From Fonticula alba ATCC 38817 (taxonomy: Eukaryota; Protista; Nucleariida): a DNA stretch of 64,000 nucleotides. This document shows positions 1 through 10,374 of this stretch, one piece after another; the stretch's first letter is position 1; each line of letters starts with the position of its first letter. The stretch is taken from assembly GCA_000388065.2 (NCBI GenBank), contig KB932202.1. One strand, given 5' to 3'. The notes beneath the pieces are model-generated. The model had not been told where the DNA came from. It did no database searches and was given only the letters and a program-made list of their open reading frames with translations. Both the position numbers and the translations under genes were made by a program.

Positions 1-1853
1 GAGGCCGACGCCGCGGCCAAAGCCTGCCCCGCTTCGCCGGCCTGGGCCCCGGCCTCCAGCGCGGCCATCTCGTGGGTGGACAATTCATCCGACAGGTCGG
101 CGAGCTGGCGGCGGGCGGTTTCCAGCGCCGCCTCGGCCTCCTGGAGCTTGGACGCCTGCTCGGCGACGGCCTGATCCCGCGCCGAGACCAGACCCAAGCC
201 CAGCTCCAGCAGGTGCCCCATGCATCGAGTGACCATGTCCCTTGTGAGGGCCAGGTCGCCGGTCGACTCGGCCCCCGGCGTCCGGGCAGAGGCGTCTTCC
301 TCGTGCGTGGCCGCCGGGCCCGGGCCGGGATCCACCCCCGGGCCATCGCCCGACGCAAGGGCCCTCTGCTTGAGATGCTCCACCACCAGGGTCAGCTGCT
401 GCTGGGCATCGGTCCAGCCAGCCGGGATGGAGAAGGAGATGCCCCCGCCATTCGGCGAGCTCAGCGTCTCGGCCAGCCGGGCCAGGGAGGCACTCACCGA
501 GGCGGCCAAATCAAATGCCGCCCGCCGATCGGCCGCCGCCATGGTGGCGCGGCGATTGGCCGCGACGGTGGCGGTTTCCGCCTCCAACAGAGACGCCTTG
601 TTGGTGACCAGCTCGGCCTGAGCGGCCTCCAGCTGGCCGGCGGTCTTTTGGAGGGCCGCCCGCAGGGTGTCCACCTGCTCCAGCAGGTCGTTCTGCTCGC
701 GGGCGGTGGCGGCCAGCTTGGTGCTCAGGTCGGCGGCACGGGCCACCTCCGCCTCGAGTTCCGCCTGAGCCGCGGCCAATTGGGCGCGAAGCTGCTCCAT
801 GCCGATGGCTGCCTCGGCCGTCGCCTGTTCCAAGGCACGCTGGCCATCCTCGCGCGCCTTGCGCAGGGTGTCGCACGCGGCGCTGCTCAGGTCCAGCTGC
901 TCCTGCAGTTCGTCCAGCCGCGAGAGATTCTGAGTCAAGCGGTCGCGCAGGGCCTGGGCCTGTTCCTGAGACTCCTGGTACTTGGCCTCCATATCGGCGG
1001 CCTTGCGCACGGCGGCCTCCAAAACCGAGGCAAAGTTGTTGTGATCGGCGGCGGCGCCCTCGGCCGCACGCAGGGCCGCCAGGCGATCGGCATCCAGGGG
1101 CACGGCCCCGGGGGTATGGTGCAGCCCGGCCCCGACGGGGCCCCCGAGTCCGGCGTACACCGACGCCTCACCATCGATGTTCGGGTCCAGCATGGACCAG
1201 CCGTCATCCTGGCGCTCATCGAAGGGGCCCTGGTGGCTGTTGTCCGCCGAGTCGCCGGCCTGGTGGTGATGATGCTGGCCCATGCCCGGGAAGGCAGGGC
1301 CGCTGGACAGGAAGGACTCGCCCCCGGTCCCGGAGGCCGTGTTGGAGAAGAGCCCACCCGGGGGGGCGACGCCACCGGCGGCCGATCCGGGGTATGCCCC
1401 GGCCCCGGCGGCCATCGTCTGGCCCATTTGCGTCATCCGTCCGATGATTTCCTGAGACTCCTCGAGGTCGCGCTTGGTCTTAAGATGACAAGAGTAGAGG
1501 AGCTTGAGGTTGTGCTCAAGCACGGCAATGCGGTTCTCCTGGGGGCGTGTGCGTGTGCGTGCGTGTGTGTGTGTGCGCGAGAGAGAGAGAGAGAGTGTGA
1601 GGGTGTGCCGGGGCAGAGGGAGGTCAAGTGTGAGACCGAGCCACGCCAGAGGGCCCCGATGCCCGAAGGCCGGAGGACGTACGACTTCGGAGCTGGTGCG
1701 CCGTGGGGGGGCACCATGTTGTTGCTGTTGTTGTTGTTGTTGCTGCTGTTGCGGCTGAACTCCAGCAGCCGGGCGAGCTGGCGCCATGCCTGGGCTACCG
1801 TGGGCCTGATTCGGGCCGGTACCCGGGGCACCCGTGTTGGCAGCGGTGGCCAT
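1..1853 (-). CDS. Hypothetical coiled-coil protein with N-terminal polyQ (3' end runs off the left edge)
   Basis: Exon 1 is 1853-1683 (MATAANTG...Q11...RRTSSEV, donor GTACGT at 1682). Exon 2 starts at 1538 after CCCCCAG (ENRIAVLEHNLKLLY...) and stays open to base 1. Long E/Q/A/L/R heptad-rich tracts, e.g. QALRDRLTQNLSRLDELQEQLDL. The ORF track missed it because it has no stop inside the window. Confidence 0.75.
   Translation of the reverse strand, partial: MATAANTGAPGTGPNQAHGSPGMAPARPAAGVQPQQQQQQQQQQQHGAPPRRTSSEVVRPPAFGHRGPLAWLGLTLDLPLPRHTLTLSLSLSRTHTHARTRTRPQENRIAVLEHNLKLLYSCHLKTKRDLEESQEIIGRMTQMGQTMAAGAGAYPGSAAGGVAPPGGLFSNTASGTGGESFLSSGPAFPGMGQHHHHQAGDSADNSHQGPFDERQDDGWSMLDPNIDGEASVYAGLGGPVGAGLHHTPGAVPLDADRLAALRAAEGAAADHNNFASVLEAAVRKAADMEAKYQESQEQAQALRDRLTQNLSRLDELQEQLDLSSAACDTLRKAREDGQRALEQATAEAAIGMEQLRAQLAAAQAELEAEVARAADLSTKLAATAREQNDLLEQVDTLRAALQKTAGQLEAAQAELVTNKASLLEAETATVAANRRATMAAADRRAAFDLAASVSASLARLAETLSSPNGGGISFSIPAGWTDAQQQLTLVVEHLKQRALASGDGPGVDPGPGPAATHEEDASARTPGAESTGDLALTRDMVTRCMGHLLELGLGLVSARDQAVAEQASKLQEAEAALETARRQLADLSDELSTHEMAALEAGAQAGEAGQALAAASA
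1719..1751 (-). repeat. (CAA/CAG)11 polyglutamine tract
   Basis: 11 consecutive CAA/CAG codons on the minus strand, in exon 1 of the coiled-coil gene. Confidence 0.9.
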
Positions 1854-2305
1854 CGTCGTGCGTGCGTGAGGCTGGAGGGGGAGACCAAGAGGAAGAGGCC
1901 GGGCGGGTTCAGCAGGAGGGTGGGGCGCGGGGGAGAAGGGTGGGGGGAGGGGAGTGGGGATGTCGTGTGAGCAGTGGGCTAGATGATGGCCGGGAGTCGA
2001 GTGCGCACACGTGCGCGCGCGCACTCTTGCGGGAGGGATGATGCGGGCGAGTGAATGTAAAGGCGAGGAAGAGGGCGCGTACGGAAAGGGAGAAAGAGGG
2101 GAAGCGGAGAGGGGGGAAGCAGTAAAAAAGATGAGCAAAGGGAGAGTCCAGGGAGGAGGGGGGGGGGGGTAAGGGTGTTGTAGGGCTTGGGAAGGGCGTC
2201 CTCGCAAGGGGCGCCGGCAAAAAAAACACCCGCCAGCCTGCAAGATCGCTTTGGAAAGACCGGCCCAGGGACAGGACCTATCTGTCTCTCCCCCCCCGGG
2301 GGGGG

Positions 2306-3109
2306 NNNNNNNNNNNNNNNNNNNNNNNNNNNNNNNNNNNNNNNNNNNNNNNNNNNNNNNNNNNNNNNNNNNNNNNNNNNNNNNNNNNNNNNNNNNNNNN
2401 NNNNNNNNNNNNNNNNNNNNNNNNNNNNNNNNNNNNNNNNNNNNNNNNNNNNNNNNNNNNNNNNNNNNNNNNNNNNNNNNNNNNNNNNNNNNNNNNNNNN
2501 NNNNNNNNNNNNNNNNNNNNNNNNNNNNNNNNNNNNNNNNNNNNNNNNNNNNNNNNNNNNNNNNNNNNNNNNNNNNNNNNNNNNNNNNNNNNNNNNNNNN
2601 NNNNNNNNNNNNNNNNNNNNNNNNNNNNNNNNNNNNNNNNNNNNNNNNNNNNNNNNNNNNNNNNNNNNNNNNNNNNNNNNNNNNNNNNNNNNNNNNNNNN
2701 NNNNNNNNNNNNNNNNNNNNNNNNNNNNNNNNNNNNNNNNNNNNNNNNNNNNNNNNNNNNNNNNNNNNNNNNNNNNNNNNNNNNNNNNNNNNNNNNNNNN
2801 NNNNNNNNNNNNNNNNNNNNNNNNNNNNNNNNNNNNNNNNNNNNNNNNNNNNNNNNNNNNNNNNNNNNNNNNNNNNNNNNNNNNNNNNNNNNNNNNNNNN
2901 NNNNNNNNNNNNNNNNNNNNNNNNNNNNNNNNNNNNNNNNNNNNNNNNNNNNNNNNNNNNNNNNNNNNNNNNNNNNNNNNNNNNNNNNNNNNNNNNNNNN
3001 NNNNNNNNNNNNNNNNNNNNNNNNNNNNNNNNNNNNNNNNNNNNNNNNNNNNNNNNNNNNNNNNNNNNNNNNNNNNNNNNNNNNNNNNNNNNNNNNNNNN
3101 NNNNNNNNN
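2306..3109. other. Assembly gap (N); probably holds the last WDR70 exon
   Basis: Run of N flanked by G runs. The WDR70 donor GTACGT at 3166 points into it. Confidence 0.95.
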
Positions 3110-3166
3110 GGGGGGCACGGGCAAGATGAAAGTTTGCCAAAGAGCCAACCGGACAGATACACGTAC

Positions 3167-4437
3167 CTTCGGCTTCCTTCGCATGGCGAAGCAGCGCCTC
3201 GCGCGGGTCGTCGAAGTTGCCGGCATCCGGCTGGCCGGTCTGCAGGGACTGCGCCACGAAATGGGCAAAGTGCGTGTTGCTGATGGCGCCGGCTTGGCCA
3301 CCGCGCGCCCGGCCAAGGGCCTTCGGCGGCTTGGCCGGCTTGGCCTGGGCACGGGCGGCCGCGCGTGCTTGTTGCGAATGCTCATCGCGGAAGAGAGGGA
3401 GGGCATCCGGCGCGACGATGCGAGTGCGATCGATGGCCCCGGTGTCGGCAGATACAACGGCCTCCATGCGCCGCGGCCGGGCCGGTGTGCCGGTGTATGT
3501 CAGCGCCCCGCGCACCGAGCAGGAGGGATCAAAGAGGATGCCAGCGCGACCCGACTGGCACCCGGCAAAGATCTGGTTCAGGCGTTGGTGCCAAAGGACC
3601 GACACGACGGGCGACAGGTCCTCATCGATGGCTGTCAGGAGGAGAGGGCAGAGGGGGCGCCAGGTGAGACTTCGGCTTGCGCTTCGCGAGAGGGGCAGGT
3701 TGACGGGGGAGAAGGAGGAGAAGGGGGAGGGGGGGGAGGGGGGGGGGCCGGAGCAGGGGCAAGACATCGCATGGTGGACTCTCGCGGCGTCCAATGCCAC
3801 CACGCACCGGGGCTGGAGCCGAGAACTCGCAGATCGGGCACGGCCAGGACATCGACCGTCCCAGCCAGGCCGCCGGCAGCCAGCATGGTGTCGTTCGGGG
3901 AGAAGGCGATCGGGCAGTGGGCCAGGAATTTGACGGTGGCAGCGTATTCCGGTGTCGGGCGATCGGCCACCGGTTTGCTCGGATTACGGATATCCCACAC
4001 TACCACCGCAGCAGGATGATGGACGTGTTCGTGTGTCAGCGCCGAGAGGGTGGGACGTGCCTACCGAAGCAGGAAGGCAGCAGCGGGGCGTGAGACGTGG
4101 AGGGAACGCACGTTTGATGGAATCCATGCCGCGAGTGGCCAGATAGTGCTCGCCGGGGGCATTCGGCCAGGCGATGGCGGTGTGCTCATCGCCGAAGGTA
4201 TATGCATCCTCGAAGACCTGGGGGGGGGGGGGCGCCATCGCCAAGAAAGCAGGGCAGGGCCGAAGGAGGGACGAAGGGTAGAGAGTCAGAATAGTGGGGT
4301 GGCCCGGCGCGCACTGGGAGGCGGGGAGAGAGCACGAGGGAGAGAGCCACAGGCGAGCATACGCACGATGTCTGGCCGGTGGCCCTGTCCGGTAGCCGAG
4401 TAGATGCGAGCTTCGCCGAGATTGGTGGCTGGAAGAG

Positions 4438-4480
<43 letters not shown>

Positions 4481-4935
4481 AGGGGGTCAGTATCCGGTCT
4501 TCCATGGGACCTGCACACCTGGTATCCGGAGAAGGCAAAGGAAACACGAGTGTTGTCGAAAGCAAAGCACATACCGACGGCCAGGCGTGTGCCATCCACC
4601 GAGTAGCGGACTTGGTTGGCACGGATGGTATGAGCAGCTCCAGTGCTGGCCCGTAGGACAATCACTCGCTTCTGGGCCCGAGGGACCACCATAGACCATG
4701 TGCTGGGACAGGCCAGGACGCGCACACATGCGCACAGTGCGATATCCCGCGCAGGCGAGCATGTCAGTGATCGTTTTCTGGGGTGCCAAGCCCACGAGAC
4801 GGGAAGGCTGTGCCCGAACCGAAGAGAGGAGCAGACACGCACCGGACCGTGCCATCCTCGGAAGAGGTGACAAATTCCTCCCGGTTGATGGGATTCCACT
4901 GAATGGATGTGATGCTGGCAACATGGCCCCTATCG

Positions 4936-4966
<31 letters not shown>

Positions 4967-6008
4967 CGCGAAAGTGATGGCAAGCACATGCACAGCGCAC
5001 GCACCGGTTGTCCAGGTGTCAGCTGGGGAGAAAAAGAAGGCGGAAAGAGGAGTGGGACAACGTCGCACGCACTTGGTGTGGGCACGATCACGGATGTACA
5101 TGTCACCGCGAGGGGTCGTCCAGACGGCGCCCCGCTGGCGCACGTCGATGATGCGCGCTCGCACGGCCGCCGGGGCCACGGCCAGCAGCGCTCCATCCGG
5201 ACCAAGGTCCATATCCCGGATGGGGGCGGACTCCTCCCCAGCGCCGATGGCCAGCCGGTGGGAGCTCTCCACAGCCTGCAGGTCAAAGGGGTTCAGCACA
5301 TACCGGGGGGCCAATGACGGGGGGATCGGATCCAGCGGCCAGAATCGAATCTCCCGATCAAAGCCACCGGTCAGAGTCCGTGACCCAGGACCATCAGCCA
5401 CAATGCACTGGACCGACTGGGAAGACCGAGCGTAAGATCCACCCAGGGAGGGGGTTCCACAGACCGAGGGACAGCGGGGCCGGGAGAAGTGGAAGAGAGG
5501 CGCAGGGGCGTCAGCGAAGGCTGAAAGAAAAAGCACAGCAAGCACTTCGGCAGCTCCAGCCGGCAGGGGGGTGTACCTTGTCGCCGGCCGGCAGGGCCAG
5601 AACGTTGGCCAGGGGGAGGCGAACGGCGGGCGGCGCGTCGGAGCGGCGCTTGCGCCGGCGCTTGCCGGATTTCTCGTCTTTCGGAGGCTCCTCCGGAGGG
5701 CCGGGGCCTGGCTCCACGCTGGCACTCGGCCTGGCGGCAGTCGTGGTGAGCCCGCTCGGGATTGCTGGGCCGAAGAAATCCTCATCATCGTCGTCGCTCT
5801 TCTCGGCACCGGACGGCCCCGAAGCGTCGGCTGTCGGCCGGCCGCCGGAAAGGAAGCCCACGCTCCGGATGGAGGCAAGGGCCGCCTGGGCCGCCTGGGC
5901 TGCCTGGGCCGCAGGAGCAGGCCCCGGGGTAGAGCCTGGCGCCGGGGCCGGCACGTCGGTCTGTGACTCAGTCGACAGGACCCCGGAAAGATCCGGAAGC
6001 TTGAACAT
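3167..6008 (-). CDS. WDR70: WD40-repeat protein WDR70/Gad1 homologue (multi-exon; last exon probably in the gap)
   Basis: Exons give an acidic DDDDEDFFGPAIP N-terminus, then LTGGFDREIRFW, RGDMYIRDRAHTK|GHVASITSIQWNPINREEFVTSSEDGTVR, LATRGMDSIK, VVWDIR, VVSVLWHQRLNQIFAG, IVAPDALPLFRD and DDPREALLRHAKEAE. These match WDR70 family motifs in the expected order. Confidence 0.88.
4438..4477 (-). repeat. (CA)n microsatellite in a WDR70 intron (representative of many)
   Basis: About 20 GT units on the + strand. Similar tracts lie at about 4936, 10328 (GA), 33696, 37389, 44421, 46228 (CT), 51720-52090 (CT) and 63568. Confidence 0.9.
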
Positions 6009-6525
6009 GGCAGGGCACCGAGGTTTCGGGGGAGGGCGGCAAAGAGAGCGCGCAGCCAGAGGAGGAAGGGGAAGACAGGAAAAAGGCGGTGGCAGAGCAG
6101 ACGCAGAGAGGGAGGGAGGGAGGGAGGGAGGGAGGGAGGGAGGGAGGGAGGGAGGGAGGGGGGGGGGGGAGGGATTTACCTGGCCTGTGGGGACTGGGCG
6201 CCGCACAGCGTCGCTTGCCTTTGGGCGGGCGGCCGCTCGCCAGCGGATCCGGCAGGACCGGCGGCGATCTGGCGCAGGCATGGCGTGCGGGACCGTTGGC
6301 ACCTGTGGGCGCTTTTCCCATGCACCCGCCCGCAGGCCGGCTGGGATCATATTTCCGCCGGCACCCCGCCCTGGCCGAGGCCGACTTCGCTGTGCCAGCA
6401 ATGCTCCCCCCTCCCCCCTCCCGCTCCGCATTTTCCTGCCTCCGCCTTTGTCCTTTCTTCCCCCCCTCTCCTCCGCCTTCCCCCTCTTTAGCCCATTGTC
6501 CTTCCCGTCCCCCTCCCCCTAAACA
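6009..6525. promoter_or_regulatory. Putative bidirectional promoter between divergent WDR70 and SSL1, containing an (AGGG)n tract at 6109-6173
   Basis: ATGs at 6008 (-) and 6526 (+) are head-to-head with 517 bp between them. About 13 AGGG units followed by a G run. Confidence 0.55.
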
Positions 6526-9498
6526 ATGTCCGCCTCGGGGGATGACGTCTTTGTCGATGTCAGCCACGACGACGAGGGCGACACCAATGATGCCAGCAGC
6601 TCCGCCGCCCATGGCGAGGGGGGCAGTTACCAGAGAAAGCAGGCCTGGGAGGCCGTACGTTTTCTGCCATGCCGTCTCCTTCCCTCCTTTTTTTTTTTCC
6701 TGTTCTCCCCCTCCCCGGCGAGGCTCCCTCATTGGCACTGACTCGGGAATCCTCCCCCCCCCCGCCCCCCTCCCCCCGTGACCCGGTTTAGGATTACCAA
6801 AAAACCTGGGACGGCGGCAAGGAGAAGTCCGCCGAAACCGAGGCCCTCCTCAAGAAGCGCCAGCGCCAGCAGGCCCTGGTCAACAACCGGCTGACGCGAA
6901 TTCGCCTGTGTGTTTCCCCTCTTGCAGCTTGTGCCTCATGCGTTTGCTCGTCTGTCCATTTGCTCGCGCGCCATGCCTTCCCTGCTGACATTGGCTCCTC
7001 GGTCGCAGTTCCAATGAGGAGGTGCTCGCTTCGCGGAATCCAATTCGCCGGGCCCTGCTCCGGCGTGTTCTGCTAGTTGTGGACCTGTCCGAGTCGATGG
7101 CCATCCGGGATGCGCCGTCTCTGACCTCCGGCGCATCGGCCAGCAGCTCGGCCCACGCCGGCACCGGGTCCACGCGGCTGGGCTATGTGCTGCACGAGCT
7201 GGAGCGCTTCACGCGGGAATTCCGCGAGCGCAATCCCCTGGCCAGCATCGGCTTGGCGGTGGCCGGTGGCGGCGTGGGCGGCAATGCGGCGGCCGCCATC
7301 GCCGGTGGCAGTGGCGGCGCCAGTGCCGAAGTCCTGGTGTCGGTTGGCTCGCCGGCTGCCGATCTCATTTCCTCCCTCCGGTCGTTGCAGCCCTCGGCCT
7401 CGGCCCACAGCACCATGGCCTTCGCCTCCAGTGTCTATGCGCCGCAGGGGGAATTCTCGGCCGAGGCGGCCTTGCGCTTGGCGCTGCGCGAGCTGGCCCC
7501 CAACCAGGCCGGCGTGGAAATGCTCTGGCCCAATGGGGCGGGGGCGCCGCCGGATGCACACGCCCCGCCCCAGCATCGGGACTATGTCAGCCGCGAGGTC
7601 CTCTTTGTGGTGTCGTCCCTGTCCTCCTGCGATAGTGGCGATGTCTTCTCGGCGGCCGAGTCCCTGCGGAAGGCCGGGTGCGTTCTGGGATTTCTCTCTC
7701 CATCCCCCTCTTTGTTTCTCCATTCCCGTGTTTGTTTCTCCATCCCCCTCTTTGTTTCTCCATTCCCCTCTTTGTTTCTCCATTCCCTTCCCCCTCCTCC
7801 TCTCTCCCTCTCTCCCTCTCTCCCTCTCTCCCTCTTTCCCTCTCTCCCTCTCTCCCTCTTTCCCGCCTCTTCACCTTGGATATGCCCCGTGTGTCGATTG
7901 TCTTGGACCCCTCGCCCACCGACTCACCCTCCTCCTGCTCCTGCTCCACCTCCCTCTCCACCTCCCTCTCCCCCTCCCTCTCCCCCTCCTTCGGGACCCG
8001 ACAGCGTGCGCGTTTCGTTCGTCGCCCTGTCGGCCGAGACCCGGCTCTTCCGCTTCATTGCCGAACAAACGCGCGGCCAGCACTCGGTGGTGTCCAACTT
8101 TTCGGCCCCCCCCTCCTCATACCATGGGTCCGATGTGTCGCGCATGTACGCCCATCTGCCACCCAGCCTGGCGGTCCTCAATGAGGACGAAGCCGCGGCC
8201 GATGAGGATGGCGATGACGGGACCCTGGCCGCGCTGTTGATGGCCCACGTCGAGCCGCCGCCCTTCCTGGGACCGCCTGCCGGGACCACGCCCACGGCCC
8301 CGGGCAGCCCCACGGCCGCCACCTCCCCAGACACTCCCTCCGAGCAGGAAAGCGTTGTCCTGCCCGGGCGGGGCTTCCTCCCGGCCCTGCCGCTTGGGCA
8401 GCCGCCCGCTGCCCGGTCACCGGACGCCGAGGCCCTGGCCGCCGCGCTGGACCCGCTGCGGGAGTTTGTCGATGTCAATGACCTCTTCGGGCCGCTGATG
8501 GAGATCGGCTTCCCGCAAGAGCGCGCCACCCCGGCCGGCGCCATGTGTGTGTGGTACGCGGACGTTGGGCGCCCTGTCACAACTTTGGCCCTTTCCCCTC
8601 CTGCCCTCGGCCATTTGTTGACCTTGTGACATTCTTGTGGGGGCAACCTTTCCCGGATGGTGGTGGTGGTGATGGTGGGGATGGTGGTTGGGGGGGGGGC
8701 TCGGATCTACCAGCCACCAGCGCCCGGTTCCCGCGCCGGCTCCCAATCAAAAGGACTCGGTCGATCCGGTCACCGGCCACAATGGTTTCGATTGTCCCCG
8801 GTGCGGGGCTCTGCTGTGTGCCCTCGGTGCTGGGGCCCTGACTTCCAGCCTGGCGGCCACCGGAGCCACGTCCGATGCTGGGGGCGGCGGGGCTGCCAGT
8901 GCCCTTGGCACTGTTTCCGGCATCGCCCGGTGCCCGGTCTGCTGCCTCTCCTTGCTGGCCGCCGCGCCGCACCTGGCTCGGGCGTATCATCACCTTTTCC
9001 CGGCGTCGGCCACCTTCCGAGTGACCTGTGTCGAGTCGAGGTGCGCATTCCGGCGAACGGGCCGAGAGGCGGGTGCTCACTTCACCCTTGCGCCAACATT
9101 CCGTGTCTAATCCCCCTCGCTGCTGCCCATGTCGCCGCCACCGCCACCATCCTCGCTGTCGTGGCTTCCGTCCTGCGGCCTCTTCTCGTTGGCTGTGTAG
9201 CGATGAGCGCCTGTGCCGGTCCTGTCAGGCGCCGCTGGTGCCGGAGCAGCTGGCTCGGGCCATCACCGAGCAAATCTCGCGCGCGTCAACGTCCACGGAG
9301 AAGCTCCTGGCGGCCGAGGGCGCCGGTGGCGCTTCGGCCACGGCTACTGTCATCGCTGACGACATGGATCCGCTGGCTACCGACGAGAATGCCATTGAAG
9401 TGGCCCAGTGCCCCCGGTGCGAGGCCCTGCATTGCGCCGCATGCGCTCGGTATGTCCGATCGTCGCTGCACAATTGCGTCGGCTGCCTTGGGGGGTGA
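6526..9498 (+). CDS. SSL1: TFIIH subunit p44 (SSL1/GTF2H2), multi-exon
   Basis: QAWEA|..YQKTWD; vWA domain RRVLLVVDLSESM, FRERNPLASIG, SREVLFVVSSLSSCDSGD, VRVSFVALSAE, LMEIGFP; GFDCPRC...CPVC..AAPHLARAYHHLFP; C-terminal CRSC...CPRC..HCAAC..SLHNCVGC, stop at 9496-9498. Confidence 0.92.
7701..7790 (+). repeat. 20-bp intronic minisatellite, about 4.5 copies (CATYCCSTSTTTGTTTCTC-like), followed by a CT-rich tract to about 7860
   Basis: Units are directly visible at 7701, 7721, 7741, 7761 and (partial) 7781, inside an SSL1 intron. Confidence 0.9.
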
Positions 9499-9689
9499 TC
9501 CTTGCGCTCGGGCACGAGCATGCGAGGCACGAGCTCTGCTTGTACTGTCTGAATCCCCCCCCCCCTCCCCTCTGTCCACAGAGCGAATAGAGCAAAAAAA
9601 AAAGAAGAACGGACAAGGGGGCCGGATCTTCGGCGCGCCGGGCGCGGAGATCCCCGGCCCCTCCACCGGAGCACTTTATTGCGGCAGCC

Positions 9690-10326
9690 TCACAGCCGGC
9701 CGTGTGGTGGGTATGATGGGTGCTGGTGCTGGTGTTGCTGGGGATGCAGCAGCCCACCGTGTGCGGCCACCGGCGACGAGTAGCCCGTGCTCGAGTGCCC
9801 ATGGTACAGACCAAAGGTGACCGGTGTGGCGGTGCCGCTGGTCCGCGGAGACTCCTGTTGGCTGCCGGGCCCGGCGGCCGAGGTATATACACTGAAGGAT
9901 GCGGCCGAGGCGCCGCGCTGGTAGGCTGGCGGCTGCTGGGAGGCCGGCTGCCCGGGGTGAAAGAGGGCCGGGTAATGCGCAAACCCCGGCGAAGGGGCCA
10001 CCGGGGGGAAATCCCCGCCGAAAGAGGCAGACGGCGGCGGGCTAGCCAAGTCCGAGGGCTGGCTCGAGGAGGGGTCGGGGGGCGTGTGGGTCCAGGCACT
10101 TCCCGGCGCGCTGGGGCCCAGGACTGGGCCTGAGTGGCGACTGCGCCGCTGCCCTGCAGCCCGCTGCAGGAAGTGCTCGATAGCGGGCGACGCCTCGAGG
10201 TAGCTCCCATCATCGAGGAGGTTCTACAGCCCAGGAGTGACAAGTCGGCGACCGGGATGAGTTCGTGAGTGCGTGCGCGTGCGGGCACACATATGTGCAT
10301 GGCCATGTGTGTAGGAAGCGAGACAT

Positions 10327-10374
<48 letters not shown>

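Noticed and set aside
72-1970. 632-aa + strand ORF
   Set aside because: Antisense to the spliced coiled-coil gene, and it runs through a microsatellite intron.
2187-4019. ORFs spanning N gaps (also at 36.5-37.5 kb and 51.2-52.6 kb)
   Set aside because: They are open only because N codons were translated as X.
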